64,000 nucleotides of DNA from Octopus vulgaris (lineage: Eukaryota): positions 117,614,001-117,678,000 of the forward strand of contig OX597819.1 of the NCBI GenBank assembly GCA_951406725.2. The letters run 5' to 3'. The notes below the pieces were generated by a model that made no database searches, had not been told where the DNA came from, and worked only from the letters and a program-made list of their open reading frames with translations. The translations under genes were made by a program, and so were the position numbers. Shown in pieces: positions 1-14,039 of this stretch (positions are counted from its first letter, which is position 1; the number at the start of each line of letters is the position of its first letter).

Positions 1-111
1 CGGCGAAATGAGGCGTAATCAAATTACTAAAAAGCAACCACACTAAATGGATAAGATCATCTGGTCAAATGAGGCTTGCTTCATATTTACATGTATACGT
101 ATATACATATG

Positions 112-928
112 CATATGTGGGCAGAGGACGTCACAAAATATATAGAGCAAAAAATACGAAGTACAACCACATGGAATATGGGCTTTTTTTTGGCAAGACA
201 AGAAACACAAGGAACGACAGTTCATCAGTTGTCGGCTGTTTTTCTAGTCCGTATTTCGAGCAATTCAATACAAGATGCGTCCTCGATAAAACAGTTGCTC
301 CCGCAAAGCAAAGGAAACATAATTTGCGATGTTGCAGAGGTTCAAGATTGGTAACAAAAAGAGGACAGTGAGAACACACAGGAAGGACTGCTAAGCCTAA
401 ACGAGGTTGTGGTGGCGAACGCGAAGGAACACGGCTGGACAGGAGACAGAGAACAACACGTCTTCCTTCTTCAGCTGAAAAAGGAAGGAAAAAAGAAACA
501 CAAGGTGGAGAATAGCTGATTGTCACGTGGGGGCCACGTGAGCAAAGAAGGCAGAGTGAAGGAGAACTGTAAATGGGAGAGGAAAAGATTTGGAGACACG
601 ATAAAATAGAAAAGAGAAGAGAGAGAGAGGGAGAAGGGGAAGCAGGAGAAAGGAAGAGAGAAAACACAGGAGTAGAAGGATAGAAGAGAAGGAGAATGTG
701 AAATAAAAGGATAAGAGAAAGGGAGAAAGAAAACGAGAGAATAAAACGTAGAATACTGGGAGAAGACGAGGTAAACGAATAAGAGAAAAGAACGGAGAAA
801 TCGAAAGAGTAAAAAGATAGAATAGTGGGAGAAGAGAGAAAAAGCGAAAAGAATACAGAATAAAGAGTAGCATCGGAGTTATTAAGATAAAACTTACTTG
901 GAAAAGGATGCGTGACGTTCAATCACAT

Positions 929-935
<7 letters not shown>
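112..935 (+). mobile_element. Non-coding (TA)n-associated repeat, GA-rich family (possibly PLE-derived)
   Basis: Starts with a GGGCAGAGGACGTCAC variant of the family terminus TATGGGTACAGGACGTCAC and carries the TTCATCAGTTGTCGGCTG motif also seen near 1400, 1695(rc), 2360(rc) and 57270. Its end (850-935) is the reverse complement of 1840-1920. It ends in (TA)n. Confidence 0.6.
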
Positions 936-975
<40 letters not shown>

Positions 976-1054
976 CACACACACATATATATGCATGTGT
1001 GTATATATAAATGACATGTATATATATATGCATCTATGTATATATATATGTGTG

Positions 1055-1109
<55 letters not shown>

Positions 1110-1183
1110 AATATATATATATTTATATAAATATGTATATATATATAGAATAAAACTTTATATATAAAGAACGTGATATTCAC

Positions 1184-1300
<117 letters not shown>

Positions 1301-1305
1301 CATAT

Positions 1306-1822
1306 ATAGGTACAATACATCACTAACCGTAAACAACATGAAATACGAAAATAATGAGAGAAATAAATGGAAAAGAAGACATGTAACACAAAGAACGACC
1401 CTTCATCAGTTGTTGGATGTCTGTATACTCCTTACTTCGAATATTAAACGACAAAATGAGTCTTCGAAGACAATTGTTCCCATAAGTACCAAAATAAAGT
1501 GTGGGATTTATGGAGGGTCAACGCTGGGCACAAAAACAGGACAGTGGAGACAGGCAAAGAACCTGTTCTCCTTTTGTCCCCAAATCTAACCTTCCATAAA
1601 TCCCAAATTTTATTTTGCTACTTATGGGAGCAACTGCCTTCGTAGGCTCATAGTGTCGTTCAAGGCTTGAAATGAAGAGTAGATAGACAGTCAACAACTG
1701 ATGAAGGGTTATTCTTCGTGTTACTTATCCTGCTTTCCATTAGTTTCTCTTCTTGTTTGCGTACTAAACTCATTTGTCTTCGTATTTCATGATTTTTACT
1801 TTTAGTAACGTCATGTACCTAT
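1306..1822. repeat. Diverged ~250-bp-arm inverted repeat made of two copies of the same element end
   Basis: 1306-1545 aligns by eye to the reverse complement of 1565-1822 (GTTCCCATAAGTACCAAAATAAA vs TTTATTTTGCTACTTATGGGAGC; CCCTTCATCAGTTGTTG vs CAACAACTGATGAAGGG). Both sides are flanked by (TA)n. Confidence 0.8.
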
Positions 1823-1831
1823 ATATATATA

Positions 1832-2420
1832 TTATTTATATTATCATTTGATTGAACGCCACGCATCCATTTCCAAGTATGGTTATCTTAATCTTCTTGA
1901 TGCGACTTTATACTGGTTTCTCCCCATCGATTTCTCTCCCATCCTTTTCTCTAATCCCTTTTTCTCCCCTTCACCGTTTTCTATCTCTCTCTCTCTCTCT
2001 CATACTTTCCTCTTTTCTCATTCTCGTTACTCACACGCGACCAACGTCCATCTTTATTTTCCTCCCGTTATCATTTTCCTTTTCTTTCAGGACTGTCGTA
2101 AGGACTGGACGTATTCTACCTCTCTCCAATTCTTTCTCTTATTAAATTAAATATTTCTCTAGCGTTCCCTATTTTACCCCCTTTCTCGTCTCCAGGTTTG
2201 TTTTCGTTTGGTTTGCGTCTATATCTCCACGATCCTGATTTTGTTCCTAACTTTGACACTCCGTAACACAAAAATTTTATTTTGGCACGTAAGGGAGAAT
2301 CTGTCTTGGAAAACTTATATTGCCATTCAATGCTCGAAATGAGGAGTAGTTATACAGCCAACAACTGATGGAGGATCGTTCTTTATGTTGTCCTGTTTTA
2401 CATTTGTTTCTCTCGTTTGC
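1832..2420 (-). mobile_element. Second, inverted copy of the 112-935 family
   Basis: Reverse-complement match to 850-935 and to 200-265. CT-rich body, flanked by (TA)n. Confidence 0.6.
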
Positions 2421-2423
2421 GTG

Positions 2424-2504
<81 letters not shown>

Positions 2505-2536
2505 TGTTTTTTCTTGAAGTCACTGTCGCACGCCCG

Positions 2537-2576
<40 letters not shown>

Positions 2577-2697
2577 TATATATATTATATATATATGTAT
2601 ACATATATGTATACATATATATATATATATATATATACATACATATATGTACATATATATATATGTATGTATATATATATTTATACATACATATATA

Positions 2698-2799
<102 letters not shown>

Positions 2800-2828
2800 T
2801 ACTACTTTATATATATATATATATAACG

Positions 2829-2899
<71 letters not shown>

Positions 2900-4457
2900 G
2901 AGCGTACGACAGTGACTGCAAGAACAAACAGGATTTTCATTTTAGTAATGATACATTTCATTCCTTCTACAACGCTGAAGTGCTTTCCTTGTACTGTTCG
3001 TAGAAATAATTAGCACTTGTATTATTTTAGACTGACATTTTATTTGCATTAAACACGGTTAGCTAATACAAAATATATCGCGCCAATTTCTATACAACAC
3101 TGCTACGCCTAACATTCACTTAAATGTTTCAGTTCTTTTATCATTACATTTTGTGTTAGCGTAAATCAACATTTCTTGGAACGCAAATATCAAACTTTTT
3201 CTGTTGATGATAAAACAGAAAGAACATACAAATAAATGCCGTGCACTTTTCAATCTCTATAGGATCAAGTAATTTAAAATGCATCACATCAGAAGATAAT
3301 TGAAGAAAGTATCTCGAAAATTGCACCTTTGCAATATCCGTCGATGCCATTGTCAATCTCAACATTGCATAGGGTGGCAAAGTGCATGATTAAATTCAAT
3401 TATTTTCCATATGATGAAATTAACTTTTCTTTTTGTCGCAGTCGTAATATGTATCCATTGTTCACAAACTAAATGCCATCCAACTTGGAAAGTAGTCAAC
3501 GCATCTTTCAATTATATAGGTGCGAATTTGATGTTAGGAACAAGAAGCGATATGGAAATTACCGACTCTCGCTGAAGTTACACTGAATTTCACTTAAGTA
3601 TAATAATCTACAGAAACTAAAGAAAACAGTAGGTTGTTCTTTATCTGTTACTGATGTTTTTATCTCAACTGAGTCGTGTTCTCAATGAAAATTAATATTT
3701 CTCCACCTTCGCTTCACACACAATTGTTTCTCTGCTTATTTTACTTATTTTTCCCATTTGAATTAGAAGGAAACACGTCGCCAAAGAAATAATTATTATG
3801 CCCATACTGATGCTTAATTCCTAAAATCTCATATATGAAGATCCAGTGAAAAGTTTGTGTGGGAAACAATTTGATAGCTAAGATAATATTATTTTAAATG
3901 ACATTTCTCTACATAAAATGAAAGAGCTAAAACAATTATAAAAATATCTGTTCATATGAAACATATACGTACATAAGAAATTAAGTATACACCCACATAG
4001 AAATACATATATAAGCGAACACATACCTACATACATACACACGTATCTATACATGCACTTACAAATATACATATACACAAACATACACATGCACAAACAT
4101 ACACACGTACACATGCTTATCTATGCCTATATATACATACCAACAGCATACAAACTCAGCGATAAAGGTGAGAGTGATTAGTGGTTTCTATTTCAACAGC
4201 ACAAACATATAGAGTTGCCTTAAATACAATGCAATGGATCCATGATTGCTTGAACTATGCAATCTCTCTAGAGAAAATCAAAAGCATATTAATATCATTT
4301 TTCTTTCTATATACTGAAAGCATAAGACAATTATATTTTCATGTGGAATATATACAAAAACTTGTGTTAACACATAGTTGCAGATATATAAATACATCTA
4401 TCTATCTATCTATCTATATACATATATCTTTATTTATGTATTTTTCTGTGTATATTT

Positions 4458-4547
<90 letters not shown>

Positions 4548-5072
4548 TAGTTTAATAAGACAACAGGAAACGCTTCTAGTACCAATCCCAATTAAAGTTA
4601 ATTGGCCGACACTCCGTCGATTTACTCATCGGCGACAGGAGACTCTACGGGTCCTATCATATAGTTTACGCAGTCCTATATAAATAGATTAATAGATATG
4701 AGCAAACGCATCATACCTATGCCACGGAGCATACATATAATCAACTATTTCAACACGGAAGACTACAGCCCTATAAGATAATATACAACACATATTCTTT
4801 AAGTATTGAAGGTGTCTAACTTGCTAGAAAATGTATCAGAATTTAACAAATAGTAATGTGGCTAGTGCCTTTTAAAGATAATATCAGGAATCAAGAAATG
4901 CTATAAATGTAAAGACATGGTTATGGACAGAAGGGATTCGTTTCGCATCTAGCAAAACCAGGCATCATGGAAATATACAAGAAGAGTTAGACCATATTCA
5001 TATTCAAGTAAGAATCTTATACACCCATGCAGCCTAAAGTATACATACATACATACATACAAACACAAACGC

Positions 5073-5105
<33 letters not shown>

Positions 5106-5108
<3 letters not shown>

Positions 5109-5318
5109 TCTTTTACTCTTTTACTCTTTTACTTGTTTCAGTCATTTGACTGCGGCCATGCTGGAGCACCGCCTTTAATCGAGCAACTCAACCCCGGGAC
5201 TTATTCTTTTGTAAGCCCAGTACTTATTCTATCGGTCTCTTTTGCCGAACTGCTAAGTAACAGGGACATAAACACACCAGCATCGGTTGTCAAGCAATGC
5301 TAGAGGGACAAACACAGA
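5106..5318 (-). mobile_element. tRNA-derived SINE family A, 3' half
   Basis: (TACTCTTT)n tail followed by GTTTCAGTCATTTGACTGCGGCCATGCTGGAGCACCGCC; near-identical to 35516-35720. Confidence 0.9.
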
Positions 5319-5334
5319 TACACAAATACACACA

Positions 5335-5376
<42 letters not shown>

Positions 5377-5501
5377 TTTCTATATATATATACACATATA
5401 TATGTTTCTTGAGAACACATTCTCCGTTGAAAATGGCGATTTTTTACGTCTATATCTATTATGCGGGCTGTTCACTTTTAGTGGTCAACCCACTAAATTT
5501 C

Positions 5502-5543
<42 letters not shown>

Positions 5544-5561
5544 ACATACATACATATACAT

Positions 5562-5752
5562 TGTCTGATCAATAAGTATCTGGACTGTTGCCATAATATC
5601 GAAGCAGAAGCACTAACAATAAAGCCGCGTAGCACAGATTGACCTTGGCCTCTGCTGTGCAAGCCTACTGAATTTTAACATTCTAAACTACTTTGCTGTT
5701 TATAGCAGTGCTTGGAAGGAAGGTGTGTGGCGTTTGGTCATTGCATTGTCAA
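5562..5752 (+). mobile_element. Mariner-type element, terminal (TIR) fragment
   Basis: GTCTGATCAATAAGTATCTGGACTGTTGCCATA...CAGTGCTTGGAAGGAAGGTGTG matches the ends of the 52891-53771 element. Confidence 0.8.
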
Positions 5753-5887
5753 TAACAGATAAAAACAAACTCGGTGCTATTTGGATATATCACAACATAT
5801 CATATCATATAGATTTATATATCTATCCCGTTATGGACTCAGATATAATGCGTGTATGCATATGTGTATATATATATATATATATAT

Positions 5888-6110
5888 TCATTATTTACAT
5901 TTGAAAGATATTTGTCCCCGACTTGTTTGCTGTTAACACAACGTTCCGGCTAATATACCCTCACGCTTTCAAAAGGTGTCTCGGGGGAAATTTCGAACCT
6001 GGGTATACCTAAAACGTTGTGTTTACAAAAAAAGATGATGGCAAATATCTCTCAAATGTAACGAATGTACATAATGTACATAAAACCTCATCTCTTAAAT
6101 ATAGAACTGT
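5888..6110 (-). mobile_element. PLE-like remnant with decayed minimal hammerhead
   Basis: Minus strand 5934-5980 reads GACAC-CTTTTGA-AAGC..TTAGCC-GGAA-CGTT-GTGTT, a hammerhead skeleton with mutated core. It is flanked by (TA)n and has its own short TIR-like ends (TTTACATTTGAAAGATATTTG / CAAATATCTCTCAAATGTAA). Confidence 0.45.
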
Positions 6111-7266
6111 AATATGTATGTATATATATATATATATATATATATCTCATAATTTGATGTGATGCACAATCTATATAAATTTAAGTATACGCAATTATTT
6201 ATAAGCACACTGTGTCTTACAAATGCCAACCTCTTGTAAAATGATTGCTGTTTCGTCAGATTCTTCATGAGTTTATTTGTGTAGACTACAAAATGGAGGT
6301 ATTTCATTGATTGGAACGGTACATTTAGGTTTACTTCGCAGAAAATTAATGGTGATGGAATATAACAGCATCACCCAGAGCGCTTTTACCTTCTTAGTTG
6401 TTCATGCTATTGTGTCAATCTTTTCTAGATATTAGAATACTTTAAAACGGAACTTAACATATTCCTCAAGTATTTTGACGTCACATTTCAAAGCAAATGA
6501 GTTTCTTACAGCTTAATCTTTCCATCAAGTATATGCATAAATACATGTACACATGCAAACATTCTTAAGTACATACATATACATGCACAAACATGTATAA
6601 ATACTATTATATATATATGTGTATATGTTTGCATTGTATTAGTGTATTAGTTGCGTGTGTGTGCGAGAGTGTGTGTAGACTCAAGTGTATATGAGAAAGC
6701 CTCATTGCTTAATAAATTCCATCCAATTTAACAGTGCAGAACCAAAGTCACAATAAAGAAAAATCACGGAATTTTGGAAACATTTATTATTAAGTACAAT
6801 GGAATCGTTGATTCAATGTTTCACCATTATGTATGATTTACAAAGGGCATTTAAACATGTTAACAGCTTTGCTTAAATCTAAATTTAAACGTGATTTCTC
6901 ACAATTATAGTGAGACGCATTACTGGAAAAGGAAGGTTTGTATTATTTAACAGGAAATTGCAATTGTTATATTGGATATACGGCGGATGTCCACGCTAAG
7001 GAATGAAATATTGAAGCTGGTCAGTGATAATGGCAGGTTCTGTGTCAGAAAGCTATTTACACGATACTATGTATATATATATGTGTGTGTGTTCATTTAT
7101 ATATTCACACACGCCCGAACACACACACGCGCACACACACTGTAGACGTGCGTACATGCGCAAACAGACATATGTATAAGTACACGTAAATAAATATATT
7201 GTTAAATACATAGCATTATACACTTATACGCAGGCACAGACAGTGTAAAAGCATATGTGCGCGCGC

Positions 7267-7312
<46 letters not shown>

Positions 7313-7376
7313 CTACATATAGATACACACATATACACAAATATATATACATACACATATAGATATATAGATACAT

Positions 7377-7413
<37 letters not shown>

Positions 7414-7496
7414 CATACATATATATATACATATATTTATATGTATATATATATATATACATATATTTATATATGTATGTATACACACACACACAG

Positions 7497-7558
<62 letters not shown>

Positions 7559-8679
7559 TCAAAGATATGCATACACACTTTTATACATATCTGAATTTAT
7601 AATAAAACATTGCCCGGCATATCAAGTTATCGAATCTATGAACGTGAAATAAGAGAACAATAATATCAATAGAAATTTTCTGATTAAGAATATGGTTTAG
7701 AATTTACTGTCTGCAAAACCGAGATTGCTGAAATAGAATATGCTGAGTGGACAATTGTCTCAGACAACTTTAATAGTACATTTGTTGTCGCTTTGCTGAT
7801 TAGAAAGCATAAATTGGGCAAGAAACCTTCCATGAATGAATGTTGCGATACTAAATTTACATCGATGTGTGATGGTAGGTGAAAAACGTGTACGTAAAGA
7901 TTAATACTGTTGAAGAACATATAACGAAGCTACAGCTAGCCATGTATGTATGTACGTATGTATGTATTATGTATGTATGTATGTATTATGCATGTGTCCA
8001 TCGCTCCTTCCCTTTATGTATGTATGTATGTATGTATGTGTGTATGCATGTACCTATCTATCTATCTAACAAACTATATATCTGTCCCTCCATGTATCAA
8101 TCTATATATCTAACGATCTATCTATCTTTCCATCTATATATTTGTCTATCTGGCTACCTCATTCGCCACCTCCCCTCCTCAATAAACCCTGTATGTGTGT
8201 GTATTCTTTTCGGTACCATATTGCCAAAGCTTAGCTAGCATTTACATAAATAATACAATTTTAGAGTAAGTTTTCTAATGCATAAGCTTTACGTGACCGG
8301 AAGAAACACGTGCATTCGTTTCTTCGTCTTTATTTCTTCTCTATTCTTTCAGATGAGTAAATATTTTTTCCATCCGTTTCTTCCCTCTCCCTGACTGTAA
8401 AGCAAATACAATCACTTTGGTTTGTTTTACTTCGTCTTCTTCCTTGAACATATATATATATATGAAAGAAGGTTTGAAAATGCAATTTTAAAAGATGTTT
8501 ATTCACTTGACAGGTTTCACTTTTTTAGAAAAAGATTGTCAAAAGTAACATGTAAAAGCTTTGTTGTGTTAGGTACTGGTTGTCACAAAATATTACAATA
8601 CATATAAACATGCTTTGATAATTATAAGAACATGTTAAAAACAGTTTACAAGGAAAAATATTGGGAAAATATATATACA

Positions 8680-8744
<65 letters not shown>

Positions 8745-8746
<2 letters not shown>

Positions 8747-9159
8747 AGAATGGTTGTATACTGTCAATCTAACACGAACGTGACAGTAGGGGGGCACCCC
8801 ACCGCTGTGTAGCCCTAGGAAGCATCGAACGCCTCCTGATGGCTTTGACACATTTTTCCCTGTGTCCTTATATACATTTACGAAGGGGAGACAAACACCC
8901 CCGGCCGCTGAAGCTGCATCTAGGGACACGTGTTTCAGGATCATTGTCCTTCATCGGCCTAGACAATGATCCTGAAACTCGTGTCCCTAGATGCAGCGTC
9001 GGCGGCCGTTTGTCTCCCCTTCGTAAATGTATATAAGGACACAGGGAAAAATGTGTCAAAGCCATCAGGAGGCGTTCGATGCTTCCTAGGGCTATACAGC
9101 GGTGGTGTACCCCCCTACTGTCACGTTCGTGTTAGATTGGCAGTATACAACCATTCTAT
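8745..9159. mobile_element. Palindromic non-autonomous PLE/retrozyme-like element (arms 8745-8948 and 8962-9159)
   Basis: Long inverted repeat with a few substitutions and one small indel. The 13-nt spacer is the hammerhead core. The left end abuts (TA)n, and a single-arm relative lies at 25024-25200. Confidence 0.8.
8919..8963 (-). ncRNA. Type-I minimal hammerhead ribozyme (U4C core variant)
   Basis: Minus strand: TCTAGG-CCGATGA-AGGA(CAATGA)TCCT-GAAA-CACGTG-TC^CCTAGA. Stem I is 6 bp, stem II 4 bp, stem III is the palindrome ACACGTGT, and the cleavage triplet is GUC. Confidence 0.75.
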
Positions 9160-9251
9160 CGCCCCACCACCGTACATGTCTCTACGAGAGATTTAGAAAT
9201 TCAGTATTTCTTATATATATGTATATATATACATATATGTTTGTGTATGTG

Positions 9252-9361
<110 letters not shown>

Positions 9362-9365
9362 TATG

Positions 9366-9400
9366 GTCTTTTTTTATTTTTTTTTTTTTTTTGTGTGTTT

Positions 9401-9448
<48 letters not shown>

Positions 9449-9660
9449 TGTTTGTTTGTGTGTGTGTGTTTTTTTTGTTGTGTTTTTGTGTTTGTTTTGT
9501 GTGTGTGTGTTTGTGTTTTTGTGTTTGTGTGTGTGTGTGTGTTGTGTGGAGTTTTGTGTATATGTGTGTGTGTTGTGTGTGTGTGTGTTGTTGTTTCTTT
9601 TGTTTTTTTGTGTGTGTTTTTTTAGTTTTTTTATGTGTGTGTGTTGTGTTTATGTATGTG
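9366..9660. repeat. Irregular T/G low-complexity tract between two (TA)n arrays
   Basis: Almost only T and G, with no stable period; possible base-calling or consensus noise. Confidence 0.6.
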
Positions 9661-9765
<105 letters not shown>

Positions 9766-12700
9766 TTGCACTGAACACAGACATGTGTATACATATATAA
9801 GCGTGTATGAATGTGTGTGTGTGCTTGTGTCCGTCTATTCTTAATTTTACGAGCGAGGGTATTCGGACGCGAGAAGGCCTTCCACTGCGGTATTAGTTCC
9901 GGGAGAATATTCTCCTCTCAGACAAATTACGAATGACATCACTGCATCGTAGGGTGATTATTTTTTGCTAGATGAAGATGCGAAAAATCACACAACCGTA
10001 TCCGTCATTCATTGTCTATTTTTTCACACGTGTCTTTTATTAGTATAGTTTTTTTCACGGTATTATTGCCGAGGCAGCAGTATTTATCGCGCCAGACTGG
10101 AGTACACGTTTTCACTCTAGCCTGAAAAATGTTTATGCGAATAAACAAGCGTACTCTATGCTGTTTCAATATAGAAATGAGTTCAGTTTTATGGGGATGT
10201 AAATGATTTTTTAGTGTTCTTAGTTGACGATGCAACAGGACACAGGCATGTTTTTTAACCTACACTCTACTACCATCATTAAAACCGAATATGTTTTCCT
10301 ATATTAAGGCGGCGAGAAATATGTCGTGACGACCAAATAGGAATTATTACTGAAAAATATTTTAGAAATAAAATTCTTCCAAGTAATATCATGATGCAAA
10401 CTCTATACCCAAACGTCAGTGGATCCTTCTTGAAGAATGGTTTAGAATATTGTATTTCAGCGTCTAATACACAATTACTGTGATAAATAGGTTCTTCTCA
10501 AAGCCTACGAAATGTTATCCTTAAGCATTTTAATGACTGTCTCCTCTTTGTAACATCAAATAAGATAATCGTATCCATGTTTGTACTGTTAATTAAATCT
10601 TTCACTGTGTGGTCGATAATAGCAAAAGTAATTAACGCATTAGGCAAAGAATCTTAAAGAGTACTAAGAGCCATTTATCCACACAAGATGGAATTATTGC
10701 CTACTTTGTACCTACCATAAAATTGACTTGTTTTCTCACGTTCAGAATATAATATAAATTGCTGAAAATTCACAACTGTCATCTTATACCTTCACATAAA
10801 ATAAACGTTTATGAGCAGCATCTCTCGAATGTTTCCTTACTATATCTTCTGATGGAATATTTAACGATATATCATAGTTATAACTACTTCCATTTTAATG
10901 ATCTATTTCTTTCAAGTGGTAAATCTGTTTCGAGAACAGGAAATTATTATCGGATAATCAGAGGTGTGCTCACGATGATTTTATCCGAGAGATAAAAGGG
11001 TAGATTACTGATTTAGTTTTGTGGAGGTATACTTCAGGTTCGTTTCAATGTTAGATTCTATAGAGGACATATCAAGCAAAACCATGATTTGTTTATATAT
11101 AATAAGCTGTAGACGATTATCCTCAAATATGAAATACCTAGGATCAAATTCGGATAAATATTCTTTTACAAAACCCATGTATGTCTTTAGTTTTCGAATT
11201 CAGTAAAAACGATAATAAAATTATTATGCAAAGCAGCTTACTCATCTGCGAGATATAAGTATTTTAATGGAAATACTTTGGGTAGATAGAATTACAGAAC
11301 GGTGTCCAAATTGAAAGAAACGGAAGTAGCAATCGTTAGGAGCTCATGAAAATAACTTATGAAAATGAACACTGCATCATAGCCTGATGCCTCGGGATGC
11401 GTACCAACTAAAGGTGAAATAATTGTGCTGAACTGAATCAAATTTAGTAATTACTTGAGCATTGTCGGATCCCATAATAGTTAGTCAGTAAGAAAACTAG
11501 TTCAATGAGTCCCTTGATTTAAAGCAATAGTTATGGTAATGTTCTGAAAATATTCTCATTGACTCTCATATTTTCATTTGCATTACAGATAGAAAACAAC
11601 GTGCGATGATCAATTTAATCCATTTTGCTAACACACAGAGATACATCACCGTATTACAATAGCTTCCTTAGGAAAACGTTGTCTGGTAATATTTAATTAA
11701 CTACTACTTAAATACATTTGAATATTTGAAATTTTTTAACATTATTATAAATCACCTGCAACTCATTGGGTAAATTTACAAAATTTAATTCATATCTTGG
11801 AGAAGTTACACCTTGTATAAAGGGGAAGGCCTTATCGGTCACTAATCACATATGAATATGTTGAAGAAATATCCGAAACTCCGTTTCTTTGTTTTAACGA
11901 GTTTTATGGAATCTCAACGCAATGATAGAGTAGGGAAATTTGTCACTATGAAGTAGTGGTGTCCCTTGTTTAAGCGCTGAAGAATTGTTACAGTCAAAGT
12001 ATACATTAACCCAGTACATGTTGGTAAAGTTACGGGAGAATATATTAGATTTATTAATGATAGGCACACAAAATTCATAACAAAAGAAAAAACCGAATAT
12101 TCATAGGCCATATGTAAAAAGCACTGGATAAACAATTGTTTCAAATGCTTTGCCATGTATGTATGCATGCATGTGAGTATTTATCTTTAATTCTCACCCA
12201 CTTGCTTATATTTTTTGGCAGATGATGTTTTTATAACTTGGTAGGTGTGAAATATTCCGTGTAGATGAAAGTTAATAGACGGAAAAAATATAGAACTGTT
12301 TCGGCTGTGGCATGTAATTTTAATTGTAGAACCTCTTTGGACATTGCATTTTTACGCCCGTTCCACTGTTCCTGCCACTTTTGGAATCTGACTCGAAAGT
12401 CGTTTTCGGTACGCGAGTCGACGACATTTACGAGTCCTTTGATATAAAATATGTCTAATATTACGTATCATTGAGAGATAACGATTGTCACTGAACATCT
12501 TTTCAAATCTCTTTGGCTTTATACAAGCATTGGCGTTCCCCCGAGACTTAATAAAACAAATTTGCTCACAAAATACATTTTAATTTGCTAGGTAACATTT
12601 AAATGATATCTAATTCGACAGCTTTACAGACGACAATATCTATTGAAAAACTAATAATATTTTTTAATAAGATTATATATATGCAAAAATAATTAGATAT

Positions 12701-14039
12701 TCCATAACTGTTTCAAATAAAATAAAGATAACATACATGTGTAGCTTCTCATTCTATAATTGCATAGAAATCTAGTTTACTTAACATTTATCCTACAACC
12801 TTAAAATTAGCTGCATCTTCCTGATATTTTAACATTGATTTCAATATTCAAATCTAGGTATAGCCGACCTAACATATGAAACTCTAACCCCATTAAACAG
12901 AACATAGATACTTGCGTAATGTAAACATAATTACAACATATTAAATTATAATTTTATCATCTCAAAAATCCACTGTTCAAATATTTCAAATGAAAACATT
13001 CACATAACAGCATCGAATAAATATGAAAAGATAAAGTATTATTGTTCCCAAAGAACATTTCTAAAGCGAACAAAACTCATCTACAAATAGAACAAACACC
13101 ACACAATATCGTAGTCGTCTTACTTATCCGCTGACACATATCAGGTTCAGGAAGTTATTCTTACACAGATAAAATCCTGTTTATTGTACATGGAATCGAC
13201 AAACAAATCACGCAAATTTCTGTAAGACATTAATATACTAATCCAGACATACAATAAAAAACAAGAAGAAAAATAATGAAAATAAAGGAAAATTGCGTAC
13301 ATCTCCATTAAACTAACCAAAGAGCCACGATGTTTCAAATCATAGGCAACGCAGTAATGTTGTTACAAACATCAACGGTGAGTAGCTGACGTTTATGGTA
13401 TTCAACATTTATTGGCTTTCAAATAGACAGAAATGATTTTAAGTACGTAATAAATATACATTTCTTGCTGCATAAACAACCTACTCCAACGTACTTTCCA
13501 AACCCCATATGTTTTAGGGACATCGGTTCTCATCCAAATTTCTAGCAAGCCAAAGATCATTGGTCAAGCAAATCCCACCGTTTCGTTTGACTACGCCGTA
13601 ATTATTATGACACCAAGCGTATAGGCCAGTGAATAACAATAACATACTATAACAAATTTAAAATCATTCTCCCAGTATATGGGTAATAAATCTTGATCGG
13701 CATCGATAACCTTACCGTAAACACCAATGCATGCTTTATAGTTATCAGTGAGTGTCGTGATAGAGGAATCCCTTCACCTCTCCACACCCGAAGAAAGCTA
13801 CATTAAATCCCAATCCAACACAGAATCTAAATTAAGTGTTCAAACAGAACTTAATAGCATAAAAAGAAAGACTATCACTAATAGGTTAAAATTGGAACCC
13901 GCACAAAGAAGAAGAAAATCAAGAAAAATACACACCGTCAGGACATAACTAAGCAAGGAAATAGACAAAATAGAGCATAGGAAGACGGAAATGGTAAACT
14001 ATAACCATAAAACTCTGAAATGATTACATTATGCAAGCA

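Noticed and set aside
131-922. 263-aa minus-strand ORF
   Set aside because: S/F/L-rich translation of a CT-rich repeat strand, with no domain signature.
1690-1730. CTGATGAAGG motif of the TA-associated family as a hammerhead (also near 222, 1402, 2364 and 57271)
   Set aside because: No downstream stem II closure plus GAAA, and no stem I in a type II/III arrangement that I could fold.
4560-4640. Minus-strand CCGATGA-GTA...TAC-TAGAAGCG with internal hairpins
   Set aside because: GAAA is mutated and no stem I pairing is present; at best a decayed ribozyme.
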